Assembly (NCBI RefSeq): GCF_000181795.1
Contig: NW_003526943.1
Span: 9,966,849 to 10,030,848, forward strand
Direction: 5' to 3'
From: Trichinella spiralis
Taxonomy: Eukaryota
DNA: 64,000 nt
Part shown: positions 26,707 to 39,660 of the stretch, in pieces
Layout: the number at the start of each line of letters is the position of its first letter
Position numbering within the stretch: the first letter of the stretch is position 1
Position numbers and translations under genes: made by a program
Notes under the pieces: model-generated
Told to the model about the DNA's origin: nothing
What the model saw: only the letters and a program-made list of their open reading frames with translations
Database searches by the model: none

Positions 26707-27351
26707 ATGTCCGCAACGAGAAAAGTGATTTTGGATAAAGAACAAATTCCCGTTAATAAAATGCTATTCTGCTCGTTGTGCAAGGGAAAATTGTACGCGC
26801 CAAGTGCTTACGAAGTGAACGGAAGAATTTTTCACACGTCCTGTGTTGTGTGCTTCAACTGTCGCCAAGATGCCAGTGAAAGTTGCCATACCGTCGGAAG
26901 GGGAATTTTCTGTACAAATTGTTACCAAGAAATTTACTCGCCCATTTGTTTCCAATGCTCCAATCCAATACTGAACAACCAGGGCGTCATCGTCCACAAC
27001 TGCGTCTACCACACCGAATGTTTGAAATGTCCCTACTGTAACAAGCGAATTGTGCTTGGTGAAGAGGTAACCGTGATTAAATTCAATTTTTAAATTTTTT
27101 CAATTCTAAATTATTCGTTTTTTATGCAAATTTTATTCAATTCAAAATAGTTTATTTAAATATTTCATTAATATTTCATGTAATGAAAATTGTTCTTTTT
27201 TTTCTTTTATCAAAATGTAAAATAATTTAAACCAAATGTTTAAAATTTGATCAAATTCTAATATTTTTTTTAGATTACAAAAAATAACCACTGGAAATTA
27301 AAATGTGAATCGTGTGAAAAATTCGTCACCGCGAAAATTCCCTTTCAATAG
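26707..27351 (+). CDS. Small LIM-only protein with two LIM domains (about 145 aa; coding exons 26707-27066 and 27274-27351)
   Basis: CSLCKGKL...IFHTSCVVCFNCRQ...IFCTNCY and CFQCSNPI...VYHTECLKCPYCNK...|...LKCESC show LIM Cys/His spacing. The GAG|GTAACC...TTTAG|ATT junction is in frame. Confidence 0.85.
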
Positions 27352-28714
27352 AAAATCAAGAAGAATACCAAGAAATCACAAATAATTTTGTTTGGAAAAT
27401 GCTTTTTTTAACATCATTTTTATTTTTGTTTTTTTTAATTTTAAAAGAAACGTTACACTGAATTTTTTACAGAATATAATTTCTGCTACAGTATAATATA
27501 TGCGTGTTCACTTTTATTACAAAATTTCTTATTTTTCGTTTAATATTTGTGCCGAATTGTTGAAATACTTTGATACGATATGCATGCTTTGAGAATAGGT
27601 TTCATTTTGCTTTAAGCAGATCAATTTGCAGATTATTTTTGCTGATGACAATTGATAACAGCTGCCGAACGTGATAATAACGAAATTTATAAATTTGAAA
27701 TTGTTTACATTCAACGAAATGCTCTAATGAAATCTTTTCTAATGTTTTCAATTTAATTTTTATTTGTTAAAATGGATGATGCATTTTACAGGCATTTGTT
27801 GCAATTTTAAACATTATCTTCTTCATTGTCAGAAACTTCCGCCATTAGTAATGGGACTTTCTTTGAACACAATTTTAAGATTTAAAAACTAAAAATTCTT
27901 CATCATTTAGCTCATCTAGTTTCACGAAATAATATTCCACTTGAAAAATTTTCAATAAAATTCTACTATCATACTTGATGCTCTTTTTAATCAAAAAATC
28001 AATAACATGCGGACAGCTTGCAAAGTCCTGCATTTTGGTAATGTAACCTGAACTTCAAATAATTTAAATGTTCACATAATATTAATTTTATAAAATGTTA
28101 ATTTATTTCATATATAAATAAATAAAATATATATAAAAATAATTTTCCTATTAAAAAAATCATTTCGACACTTACTTCGATACGAGTTATAATTTCACTC
28201 ACCTTTATCTAGCAAATATGTGTCTTAAAAGACATGCGTTCGTATTATATTCGTAAACTTTTAGAAACATGCATTATTTTAATTAATATTCTTGTTTCTC
28301 AGAATTTTTATTGCACGCAACGTTAAATTTTTATCAATATTGTGTAATTTGAAAAAATTTCAGTACAACTTTTAAAAATCAAAATTGAATATCAAAAAAA
28401 GTAATTTTTTAAATTTTATTTCAACAACTTGTCATGCATTGCATTTATGCAATATTTTATACATGTATGAAATATAATCGGTAATTTATACTTGAATATT
28501 ATTATATATGATACCATTACTGATAAATAAGCTTGATCCTTTGTTTCTACGTCAAGGATCATGGAGTTTTTTAGTTGATTCATCTGTCTAGAAAAATATT
28601 ATGTATTCTAAAGCAATTAAGATGTTTACTTAGTTCATTAATTAAATTACGCTGATGTTTAGTTTTTATTGCTACTGCTCAACTACTTTTCAAATTATTG
28701 TATTTTACAGCGAA

Positions 28715-30474
28715 ATGGCGTTTTCAAGATTAAGCAAGACTTCCAAAATCGTGGTGCTTACTACTGGCGGAGCACTTTTAGCTGGAATTGGTACTTTTTA
28801 CTACAGAATGGTAATTGAAGAGTTTTCTCACGTTGTATGGTCGAAAAACGTTTTTTTTTCTACTTACCAATTTTAGGGCGATGAATTGAGAAAAAATTTG
28901 CTGAACATCGAGACAGTGCCGAAGGATATTCAAAAGCGTTGTGATGAAGCTTATGAAATTCTTCAAAATGCGAAGGATTGTCATTCTCTGTTGAAAAAGC
29001 ACTTGACCAAATCTGTTCTCGACAGCTTGAAGACACAGAAAACCAAAATGGGAGGAACCCTGATTGACGTAATCAATTCTGGTATGTAATTTTTTACCAT
29101 AATGTTTGTAGTTTGTTTCATTAAATTTTATGATTTACAGTAGTCATCAGTTGTTTTTTTTGAATAATTAATATATGAAAACATTCAAAATTTTACATTT
29201 CAGTTTAGTTGTAATTGTGCTATTTTTTAATGTTGTTTTTCACTTGATTCAGGTGTGAAGAATCTGGATAGTGGTATTGGAGTGTATGCAACAGATCCGG
29301 AAGCGTACCATGTTTTCAAGAAGCTCTTCGATCCTGTCATTGCAGATTATCACAAGTTTAACCCAAAGGATAAACAACCGAAGGAAAATTTTGGCGAAAA
29401 TGAGCTGAATAAATTTGAAAACTTGGATCCAAAAGGAAAATACATTTTATCAACACGAATTCGTTGCGGTCGAACGTTGAAGGTAAAGTAGTTGAATTAA
29501 ATACGGTGATTTAAAATAAATTTTCTTCAGTATTTATGTTGTTGTTTAGGGTTATCCTTTCAATCCACTTCTACGAGAGGATGATTATCTTCTTATTGAA
29601 CAAAAAATGAAAGAGGCACTGAATTCTTTTACTGATTCGGAACTTCAAGGAAAATATTACTCACTTTCTGGTATGAGCGAAAGTGACAAGAAGCAGCTGA
29701 TTAAAGATCACTTTTTGTTCAAAGAAGGAGATCGCTTTCTTCAAGTGAGCCTAGTATTAGATAATCGAAAAGATATACTTGATTTTTTTCTAATTATTTG
29801 TCCATTTATTTCAATTATTACTGTCAAATATACCAGTGAAGTAAGTAATTCATTCTTTGTATTAAGGCAGCTAAAGCTTGTCAGTATTGGCCAGTTGGTC
29901 GAGGTATATTCCACAACAATGCAAAAACATTCTTGGTATGGATTAATGAAGAAGACCATGTACGCATTATAAGTATGCAACAAGGAGGTGATGTCAAGGC
30001 GGTCTTTAGTCGTTTGATTCGAGGAGTAAAAGTAATCATTCTTTCATTATATTATATAATATATGTATAAATATATGACGGTCATGCATGCTTTTTCAGG
30101 ATATTGAAAAGAAAGTTTCTTTTGCCAAAGATGATCGTCTTGGTAATGTTACTTTTTGTCCAACTAATTTGGGTACAACTATTCGGGCGTCTGTGCACAT
30201 CAAATTGCCGAAGCTGAGCACCAGAAGTGATTTCAAGGTAATTGCGTTAATGCTTATTTTGGAAGCATAATTTTCAAACTGACTAAATTGATCATAGGAA
30301 GTATGTGAAAAGTTAAACTTACAAGTGCGTGGCATTCATGGAGAGCATTCAGAATCCGAAGGTGGCATTTATGATATCAGCAACAAACGTCGTATGGGAT
30401 TGACAGAATTTGAAGCGGTGAAAGAAATGTATGATGGTGTCAAGAAACTTATTTACATGGAAGAAAAGGCTTAA
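28715..30474 (+). CDS. argk: Arginine kinase (phosphagen kinase) with an N-terminal basic plus hydrophobic extension
   Basis: [114 protein letters not shown]. Seven coding exons with GT-AG junctions. Confidence 0.96.
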
Positions 30475-30819
30475 TTAACTAACCCTGATGATGTTTTAGA
30501 ATTGCTTTTATATTTAGACCACTTTCTCTAGATGTGAACATAATGTGGTGATAAGAGACTATATCATCAGGAAGTTGAATAAAAATTTTTCATTAACAGC
30601 AGTTAAGATCTTTTCTACATATTATTAGTGCAGTGGTTTCTGTCTTTTAAACAGCATTTCAAATATTAAAATATACCACCAAAACTTTTATTACTGCCAA
30701 ACTTTAGACACAGAAAATTTACTACCATTTTTGGCGCAGAAATAACACAGTTAAATTTCAGTAATAATTCTTAATCAACTAACATCAAAGCTGTAAGACA
30801 ACTGCTAGAGAAGCAAATT

Positions 30820-31668
30820 TCAATGATCCCTCCAAAACGTCAGTATAGCAGCAATTACCAAAGACAAACCAACCACAGTCCAGCCTGTCTTGTAAACAGT
30901 TGGTATGTCAGTTCCTTTCGCCAAATCAAAAGCCTTAATAAATGAACGATTTCAAATTTAGTAAAGTTTACATAAATTCATAAAAATTCTAAATTCTCAC
31001 CAAGAAACGCACACCGTTCAGAGTATGGAAAGTTAACGGCCATGCAATCGCATATTTCACAGCATAAACAAATACCACCGGCAGATGTAAATTGCGAATG
31101 TATTCGATTAATGTAGTAAAATCAAATGGTGCAGCCATCAAACCAATCGAAAAAAGTGCAACCGCTAAAAATAAATAAATCACATAAATAAACATGAACG
31201 ATGAGCAAAAAAAGCAGCTTACTAGTTCCCATTACCACACCAGATATGCGATGCAAACCCGACACCATCCAAGTCAACATTGGTCTAAATAAATCAACAT
31301 CTAAATATTAATCTTAAAACACCGTTAAATATCAAACTTGTAAACAGTAAGATGAGGCGACAGTGGACGCTTCAAATTTTTCTGGTGGTTTAACCAATCC
31401 CAACCCCAAGACTGAATCGGAGTCTTCACATTAGAACGCAACGGTGCACTACGAAAAATGGAATTTTATAATAAAAAAGTAAAAAATAAAAAAAAATATA
31501 TATAACTTACAATGTTTTGAGTGACGCTGAACCGAGTTGTTTGCCCAGAAACCTCAGTGGAACAACTCGAGTGCAATTTTGCATAGCACCAATTCTAAAA
31601 AATTTTTTTTAATTAAAAACAGCCGATCTTTAACCTTTAATTTACCGGACAAACATCGGAAAAGACAT
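30820..31668 (-). CDS. SDHC: Succinate dehydrogenase cytochrome b560 subunit (mev-1 ortholog)
   Basis: Spliced: MSFPMFVR...KTPIQSWGWDWLNHQKNLKRPLSPHLTVYKPMLTWMVSGLHRISG...WPLTFHTLNGVRFLAFDLAKGTDIPTVYKTGW. The RPLSPHL, HRISG and FH..NG.R motifs are present. Confidence 0.95.
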
Positions 31669-33332
31669 CTTCGTTAATAGTGCAAAAAAGTAAAGTCACT
31701 AACAATAACAGACCATACCGTATAATGTTTAAAGGTACAATTGTCGAAATTCACATCTTACAGTATTCATGCAAAAAACTCTGACTGCTAGCAATTCGTA
31801 GCAAAATACATTTAAAATGCTGTATTTAATTTTATATGCGTGATATATAATTATATAAATTAAATACATGATAAAATTAAAGCAAAATGTATTCTTAAAC
31901 AAATAAAGATTTTGTCTAACTCGGGCTAAATTTCCACCGCGTTTTCTTACTGGTGGTTGAAAGCGTTATCTTATTGGATATTTACATAGCTGAAATATTT
32001 GAAGTTAACGAATAAAAAACTTGGCAGATGAACAACAACAAGATGTTTTATTAAAATGATGATTAAACATAATATGTAACATGATGCTAGCTGTTTTCAA
32101 GTATTTTGATCTTTTTCATATCAATTAAACATGAAATTCTGTCGAAAAAAACTGTCAAAAATAAGTACGAAAACAGTAAACTACTACTTTACATATCCCC
32201 TAGTATTACAATGTGAATTATGGAATTTATAAGACATAAGAAAAGCTAAATGCTCAAACAGACAAAGCTACATGATGAGATAAACGTTTCCATAATTAAT
32301 ACATAACTTTTTTTCAACAAATAAATAATGCTCAGAGAACTAAATCGATTTTTAAAATGTTCAAAGTTGGAATTAAAGTTCCGTTTAGAAATCAGAACAA
32401 AGCAAAAAGTCAGCTATTGAACTATACCATCAGTTTATTAAAAAATAACCTTATAAATAAACTGTCACTAAATGTAGGGTAAATAAAAAAATAATGACAA
32501 TATTTAAGCCACTCTATGAACTATTTGATGAATCATCAAAACTGCTAAGACAGCTAGTGTAAAAAGGTAAATCAGAAACCATAACAATTGAAGATTAACA
32601 TAGATTTATTTATACGACATAAAACTTTAGAATAAGAAAAAGAAAATTATGTTTTATGAAAACTAAATACAGTTAAACATACTTAACAAATCAAAATCAG
32701 AAAATACACTGATGCGCATAAATTTGAAAATTACACCGTATGAAGTAATTTTTTTTATCATAAATTGGAATTTCACATATGACGCATTAGCAACTGCCAA
32801 ATAGCGTTTCAAACCTGTACTGATCTCTGTACATTTTTGACTATCCCATTCGAAACCCAGTTTACAGTCAGTGTATCACAAAACTCTTTAAGTATATGGT
32901 TATTTCGTTTGTTTTTGTCAGAATAATATTTCAAAATCATTCACATTATTAACAGCGATTTCACAGTTTACATCTTATTTCACATTATGTAAAAATTATG
33001 CAGCGTTGTTATGTTTAATAATTCATCCGATCATCATTGAATAGTTTACCATAAATAATACGAAATGCAACTTTGATGTGAAACAAAGTTTTCAGATATA
33101 ATCATAAAAAGAAACGATTAAATATTTCCTCATTAAATGTAAATAAAATGCAATAAATAAAAGAATAAAAAAACATAAACGATCCGCTTGTAAAGTGATA
33201 AACGCATTTATTACAAACATATATTTTAAAATAATTCTGCATGGTGAAATTGTAAAAGTCAATTGCTTGAGAGTAAAAAGACAAAAACCATAAACAAGTT
33301 AATTACGGTGAAATATTAATATATAAAAACAG

Positions 33333-33932
33333 TTAAACCCACGTGCAACATCGATTCATTTTTCTAGCTTGCTTGTAAAACATTTTCGATTGAACGTTCA
33401 AACCTTCAGAGCGTTCTACCAAGTCGTCCAGCTTCTCTCCTCTTTCCAAAACTGCTTGAATGGTGTTGTGCAATATAATTTTTGTTTCATCCAGCTCTTC
33501 TTGTACTCTTGTCATGGCATCGGCAGTTCTGGGATCCTGGTATCTAGCAAGAAAAGAGTCCAAACCATTATAATCTATATGTTCTGGTTCTCGATCAACT
33601 TTCCACACAGCAGGCGGAACTTTGGCGCTGAAATCTTCAAGTACTTTGCTGAGAAGATTGTGCGCCACTCGACTGGGATATTCTTCATCGGTAACCACCA
33701 AACCAGACAAACAGTCTGCTCGAATATAAACATGGCACAAATAGCCTTGTTCTTTGACGGTAGTTCGATTTGGAATCGGACTACGATCAATTATCAATTT
33801 TCCTGTAAACACCATAAACTGACGTACACTGTTCCTTTGGAAAAAGCTGAACGACTGCAGGTCAAAGCTTCCATTCAGCAGGATAGCGTTTGGTTCAGAT
33901 TTGTAAAACACTGCAATTGCAAACACCTTCAT
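33333..33932 (-). CDS. YKT6: Longin R-SNARE YKT6 (199 aa, intronless CDS)
   Basis: DLQSFSFFQRNSV, YLCHVYIR, EYPSRVAH, YQDPRTADAMTRVQEELDETKIILHNTIQAVLERGEKLDDLV..SE.L..QSKMFYKQARKMN, and C-terminal CC lipidation motif CCTWV. Confidence 0.97.
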   Translation of the reverse strand: MKVFAIAVFYKSEPNAILLNGSFDLQSFSFFQRNSVRQFMVFTGKLIIDRSPIPNRTTVKEQGYLCHVYIRADCLSGLVVTDEEYPSRVAHNLLSKVLEDFSAKVPPAVWKVDREPEHIDYNGLDSFLARYQDPRTADAMTRVQEELDETKIILHNTIQAVLERGEKLDDLVERSEGLNVQSKMFYKQARKMNRCCTWV

Positions 33933-34534
33933 TATTTTCGAATTAATCAAAATTATACGGTCATGAGAACTGTCAATCACAAAAGTTCAACCAAAAATTT
34001 CAATGTCATTAAAAACTAAAACCAAACAAATTACCGCACTAAGACAACAGTGATATGATTAATAAATATTTTACAGTAAGTTCCCAACGCTTACGGTAGC
34101 ACTGTTTACTGTCAAGTGAAGTAAACTTTTATTTTTAGATTTTGCGACTGATTTTTTGTTTTCATTATTTTAATTTATAAAATGCGAAATAAATTTGCTT
34201 TATCTATTTAGTTTGCAAAATATTTCTTTTCGATATTAGAATATCATCAGGTACAGTTTATTATTCAAAACTGTAAAATGAAATGCTGGTAAAATTTTAT
34301 TTTAATATGAATGAAGTATTGTTCTGATTTTTTCAGTTGAATTTATATGTCTAACTGAGTAATTATTTTAAAAATTGCAATTAATTTGAACCTAATTTTG
34401 TACCTTTCATCGCTACAAAAATTTTGACTTTAATGGCAATGTACTACGTGAAGCTTTAGGTAACATTTAGTCACATTATAATTTTTGGAGTATTTTTTAT
34501 AAATTATTTTTTAAATATTATAGTTGTGTAGAAG

Positions 34535-35548
34535 ATGAGCAATGTTGTAGAAGATGTCGAAGAAGTGGAATTGAGTCTGCCTGAAGTAATTCACAAACTT
34601 GAAACCGTACGTTTAAATGATAAAAACGTTTGACTTGTAAAATAAATTTTTTTATTATACGTGGATATGCTGATTTGCAGTTTTTAAAGTCCTCAGATTT
34701 ATTAACTGCTTATTATTTTGTTTATTTTTTAAAGTTTATTTTCAGGCATGGATAAATGAATTGAATGCTCCCGTATTGTTACGCAGCGAAGCAGAATTAG
34801 TGGATTGTGTGAAATTGGAAATGAAAGCTGTTGTTGAACAGTTGCGTAATTGGCATGATCTGAATAGCATTATAAAGCGCGTGGAGGTTCATTTTTTTCA
34901 ACTTTTTAATCTTATGAAGCATTATTAATGGTTTAGATTGAAAGAATGCGATATTTGCTATGCAGCTATTTAAGAACTCGGTTGAGGAAGGTGGTTATTT
35001 GTTATTTATTTTTGTTTTCTCATCACTGGGATGACAGATAATTTAATATTAAACAGATTGAAGACCAAGCTTTTCACTTATACGCAGAACTTGAAGCGAA
35101 CAGATTATCCGGTCACATATCCCGAGAGGAGCATGAATTTCTTGTCAGGTCAGATTTAAAAGATTATAATTTATTATTACATTGCAATATAATGATGCTT
35201 TGATTCAGCTATCGGGAAAGCGTCATGAAACATATGGACGTGGCAATTTACAGGCATATTCCTCAAAATTTAAGAACAGTAGGCGACACTTTTAAAATAG
35301 GTTGGTGAATTTTGAATAACTTTCTTTTGAAAATGGCTAAAATGATTGTTTTGCTTTCAGCGACTAGACCAAATTTAAAACGGTTTGTATTTGTACGGGT
35401 TTTGAAGACAATGAACGAGGTTGAAATTGCTAGCCCTGCCGAGACGATGAGGATGGAAATCGTCGATCTTCAAATTGGTACACAGCATTTGCTTCCTTTT
35501 CGTTCAATTTTATCCGGCCTTTACGATGGTTCAATACAGATGATGTAA
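34535..35548 (+). CDS. GINS4: GINS complex subunit SLD5 (GINS4)
   Basis: Spliced: LETAWINELNAPVLL...EIERMRYLLCSYLRTRLRKIE...ISREEHEF...RPNLKRFVFVRV...DLQIGTQHLLPFRSI...GSIQMM. Head-to-head with YKT6. Confidence 0.92.
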
Positions 35549-36690
35549 AAGCAAAATTATTTACTTGAATTTATTACACGACTGAAAAATATTGGTTTTC
35601 CTTCACATTTCTATTGGTTCTTGTTTACGGCTTCAACTAATGTACAATTGATGGTATGTGTAATTTGAATTTCAGAAAATTAAACGGAAAACATGCGCAA
35701 ATTTCACTTATGTATGATACGGATAAACACATGGTAGTGAAATTTATGCAGATTTGAAATGAAGAATATTCATTTTTTGAAATTAATGCCTTTGAATTAA
35801 TAATAATAATAATAAATGGAAGCATCTCTTTGAAATGAGATTGCATTTTTAACAACTTGCGCAAGTGCATTTATTTTCAATGTATTTATTGTATGTATAA
35901 TTTTCATTTTGATTAAACAGAGTCAATATTAAAAACATTTAAAGCATTTTAAATGATTATTTCAATAAAATTTGTACACCATCATTTTGCACTTTTTGTA
36001 CAATTTTAACATTAAGACTGAAATCAGTTAAATTTAAATTTCCCCATTTCTTGTGCTATTTGTGACGATTATTAGAAGAATATGTGATACAAAGAAAAAA
36101 TTTATAACTGGTACGAAGAGCATGATGAAGCACAAACATTCGGTGCGTTTACAGCATGAGCATACGGAAAGACCAGATGTTGTTCAGCGATGCAACTTTA
36201 CTTGATAATTTGAGTTGATACTAATTTTTTGAAAAGTTTTAAAAACAACCAACCTCCTTCATATTATTCGTCCATGTTAAATATAGAATGACTAAGAATT
36301 ATCGAAAAAACCACAATTGTCACTGCAATTTATTCAAATACTTACTAGATGAAAACAAAAGGCAAAGTATTCAGTGAAAAAATGAAATATTTCAAAACGT
36401 ACGTTTTGTCACTTCTATTTTCACAATACACACATCCTTCGAACAATTAATTGGCAAGTAGAAAAACATTTTTCATTCATTCATTTTAAAAATGGGGAAA
36501 AATGTAAATTTCAATCATTTTCTTCGAGCAAGAAAATTCTACAAAAATTTCAAGGCAACTTTTTTCATCATAATAACTTTCCTTAAAATCAAAGGGAAAA
36601 AATGAAAAGTAAAAATAATCACTCAATAAATTTTTTGTTTTGCATAGTTTTTCGAATACACAAAGTTGCAAGCTGAGAATAATACTGTTC

Positions 36691-36719
36691 AATAATAATA
36701 ATAATAATAATAATAATAA
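36691..36719. repeat. (AAT)n microsatellite
   Basis: About 9 perfect AAT units. Confidence 0.9.
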
Positions 36720-38292
36720 GACACAGACACACACTGATGTAAGTGCAAGGATAGAAAGTAAAGAGAAAAAAATTAACATAAAAATTATTGGAGAGAAGTT
36801 CTAACAATTTTAAAAAAGGAAAAAATCTGTTTTACATAAAAATTATTTTTTCAAAAAAATTTACATATGAAACAACTCTCTGCAAACAATAACACTAATA
36901 TTAAAATAAATTCACAAAAGAAATAGCGGTCGTAATTTTAAAATTCAAGCGTATTCATCATCATCATCATCACCAGAGCTCGCCGTTTGGCACTAATTAC
37001 AATCAACAATGTATTTAGATGACTGGAAGAGATCACCAGAAAAACTTTTGAAAAAAATATACAACGAGAGAGCCTTGAGCATTCGCCAAATTATAATTTT
37101 CTTCATCCAAACTATCCAAACGCTACAGTTGTCCAACTGAGCACTGCTTGTGCACCAAGCTCTCTACTACCTGCAAACATAATTAAATATTAAACATTAA
37201 AAAAATAATATATGCATTTATTTATTTATTTATTTATTATTCACCACGATCACTTTTGTCGTGCAAACAACAACAAAAAACTACCTACTAAAAAATGTTG
37301 AAAATTTTAAATAATCATATATATCATGCATTAGAAAAAAACTAATTTTGATAAAACATGCATTGGCATATATGATCAATATGCAATAAAAAAAATAAAT
37401 CATTTTAACTATGAACGCATACATATATACACACACACTATCTATCTTTCTGTATGTTGAGAAATGCAATATGTAAAAAAATTAATTTTGTAAATTTTGC
37501 CAATGCAAAAAGAAAACGCATATATTAAAAAGCAATTATTATTATTATTCGACTGCAACAATTTTTTTGTTATATGTTTTTTGAAGCGTTTGCTGTAAGA
37601 AAAAAAAATTCTCATCATTTACATTATTTCTCAATGATCTCAAAAGTTTAAATTAATAATTTCTTTTTTACATGTTTTTACTTTAATACTTAATTTTGTT
37701 CACTACCTTATAATCGCACAGTTTTGGATTTAGGATGCGTAACTGTGAAATTTCCTGGCTGTAGTATTCAAGTTGGTCCCTGTGCTGGAGCATCATCGGC
37801 TTTCGCTACGCTCACAGTGTTGCTGCAATTGTGAATTAAAATCGCCTTACAATAAATAATATTCAAATTCAGATCTTATTGCCTACAATTATCTTTTTCA
37901 TTCAAGAAAAAAGAAATTAAATATGAATAAAATTTAATTGTGAAATAATAATTTTCTGCAATTTTATAATTACTGCACAAATTCATCATCACATTGCAGT
38001 CGTCATAATTTCTCAATTAATTAAACATGATCTCAACCGAATGGCAGCCATTGAAAATTGTGTAAAATTTTCTCCAACAAAAAAAAACATAATAAATAAA
38101 ACATTTAATATAACCGATCGATATTTTACATTCTACTTGACGACGATTCAATAAATTATTTGATTCAGTAGTAAAAAATATTTTTCTATAAATGAGATAA
38201 ATAAATAAAATCACATAAGCATACTACACACACATCTATAGATATAAATAAATAAATAAATCTTTTCTAAATAAGTAAATGAAAGTTATAAT

Positions 38293-39660
38293 TTACCAGT
38301 AGGGTCTGTCGTCGCATAGATGCTGCCAACTGGCAAACTCTCCCCAATGGGACATGTTCAACAAGAACGCATCCGAATGCTTGGCGCCGTCAACATTGTC
38401 CGAATCAGCTGAATAATTTTTATTATATTGCAACAAATTGGTGTTGTTGTTCAATTGATTCGATGTTGATGGATTATTAGCATCGACAGAATTGCTATTA
38501 TTATCATTATTATTAGCAGAGTTGGCATCAGCAGCAGAAGAAGAAGAAGAATAAGATGATGATGATGAAGATGCAGATGTTGATAAAGTCTGAGTATTGC
38601 GACGCTGCCGGACCTGTTCATTGAATAGTTCAAAATTGGAGCCCTGGTTGTTGTCCCAAAATTCTCGACCATCTCCAGTTTTGTAGCAGACGCAAAATTG
38701 TACAGTATCGTGCGGATGAATAGAAGCAGGCTCGTTGGCCGGCATGTTGAACTGAAACTGAAACGTATCCAAATCGCCGGCACTGCGCTGAAATGTCGCC
38801 GGCTTGTCGTAATAGCTTTGCCAATTGTCGGTAGTGTAACGGATCAGTACGGTCTTTTCGAACGAGATGTTCTTCACTTTCACCGTACCGGTGAGCTTGG
38901 AACAACGGTCGTCGAGCATCACGTTCTCCAAAGCCACTTGCTGTTCGTTGGTCTTGCGCCTGAAAGCCGCGTACTGGGACGCCGGTTGGGTAAAGCCCAG
39001 ATGCCATGAAGCCGGGTTCTGGGCCGCGGATTTTCTACCATCGACCATGTCCTCTTCGTCGTTCTCACTGACTGGGATCCCATGGGCACGAAGAACACTG
39101 GCACTCAGGCGTGGCGGTACATCCGACGGTTCGGTCATCACTTTCACCGTAGCCAGCTGATGACCCTGGCAATCGGCGAATGTGACTTTCTTCTTCTTCT
39201 TTTTATTATTACTTTTGCTGCTGTCGTTGGTATTATTCGGATTTTTATTCCCAGCCGACGGTGCAAAACCGCTCGCAGCCATCAGCTCGGCCCATCTCCT
39301 TCGCCAGTCGTCGATCTCAACTTTACCCTCCCTGGCCAACATCAGATTGATCTTCTCCGACTCAGACAGAGAACGATCCTTCAACACAGACGGCTTGACA
39401 AACACACCCCTCGACGCCAGAGGGAAAGTAGCCACCCGTCGACACATACCCGGTGAATCCGATGCCAACAGCTGACGCCGGCATGCCGGAATTATCGAAG
39501 ATGATGATGAGGAGGAGGAGGAGGAAGAGATTGAGGAATTGGAGGAGTTGGAAGAGGAAGAGGACGACGACTGACCACTTACATTAAGATTTCGTAAAGC
39601 TTGCGATGGATCCATCGTTATTGGTGACTTCAAAAGCACTGACCCGTTGTCCATCGACAT
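38293..39660 (-). CDS. PPP1R3: Protein phosphatase 1 glycogen-targeting subunit (RVxF motif plus CBM21 domain)
   Basis: KKKVTFADCQGHQLATVK (PP1-binding RVxF); LGFTQPASQY; VALEN...GTVKVKNISFEKTVLIRYTTDNW...DTFQF...VQFCVCY...EFWDNNQGSNF (CBM21); ends WGEFASWQHL...PYW. The coding sequence is one long exon preceded by a GTTTCAG acceptor at about 39678. Confidence 0.93.
   Translation of the reverse strand: MSMDNGSVLLKSPITMDPSQALRNLNVSGQSSSSSSSNSSNSSISSSSSSSSSSSIIPACRRQLLASDSPGMCRRVATFPLASRGVFVKPSVLKDRSLSESEKINLMLAREGKVEIDDWRRRWAELMAASGFAPSAGNKNPNNTNDSSKSNNKKKKKKVTFADCQGHQLATVKVMTEPSDVPPRLSASVLRAHGIPVSENDEEDMVDGRKSAAQNPASWHLGFTQPASQYAAFRRKTNEQQVALENVMLDDRCSKLTGTVKVKNISFEKTVLIRYTTDNWQSYYDKPATFQRSAGDLDTFQFQFNMPANEPASIHPHDTVQFCVCYKTGDGREFWDNNQGSNFELFNEQVRQRRNTQTLSTSASSSSSSYSSSSSAADANSANNNDNNSNSVDANNPSTSNQLNNNTNLLQYNKNYSADSDNVDGAKHSDAFLLNMSHWGEFASWQHLCDDRPYW

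Noticed and set aside
33369..34019. 216-aa + strand ORF
   Set aside because: It is an antisense shadow of YKT6 with a non-ATG start and no homology.
38451..39475. Multiple overlapping alternative-frame and antisense ORFs
   Set aside because: These are by-products of the GC-rich PPP1R3 exon.
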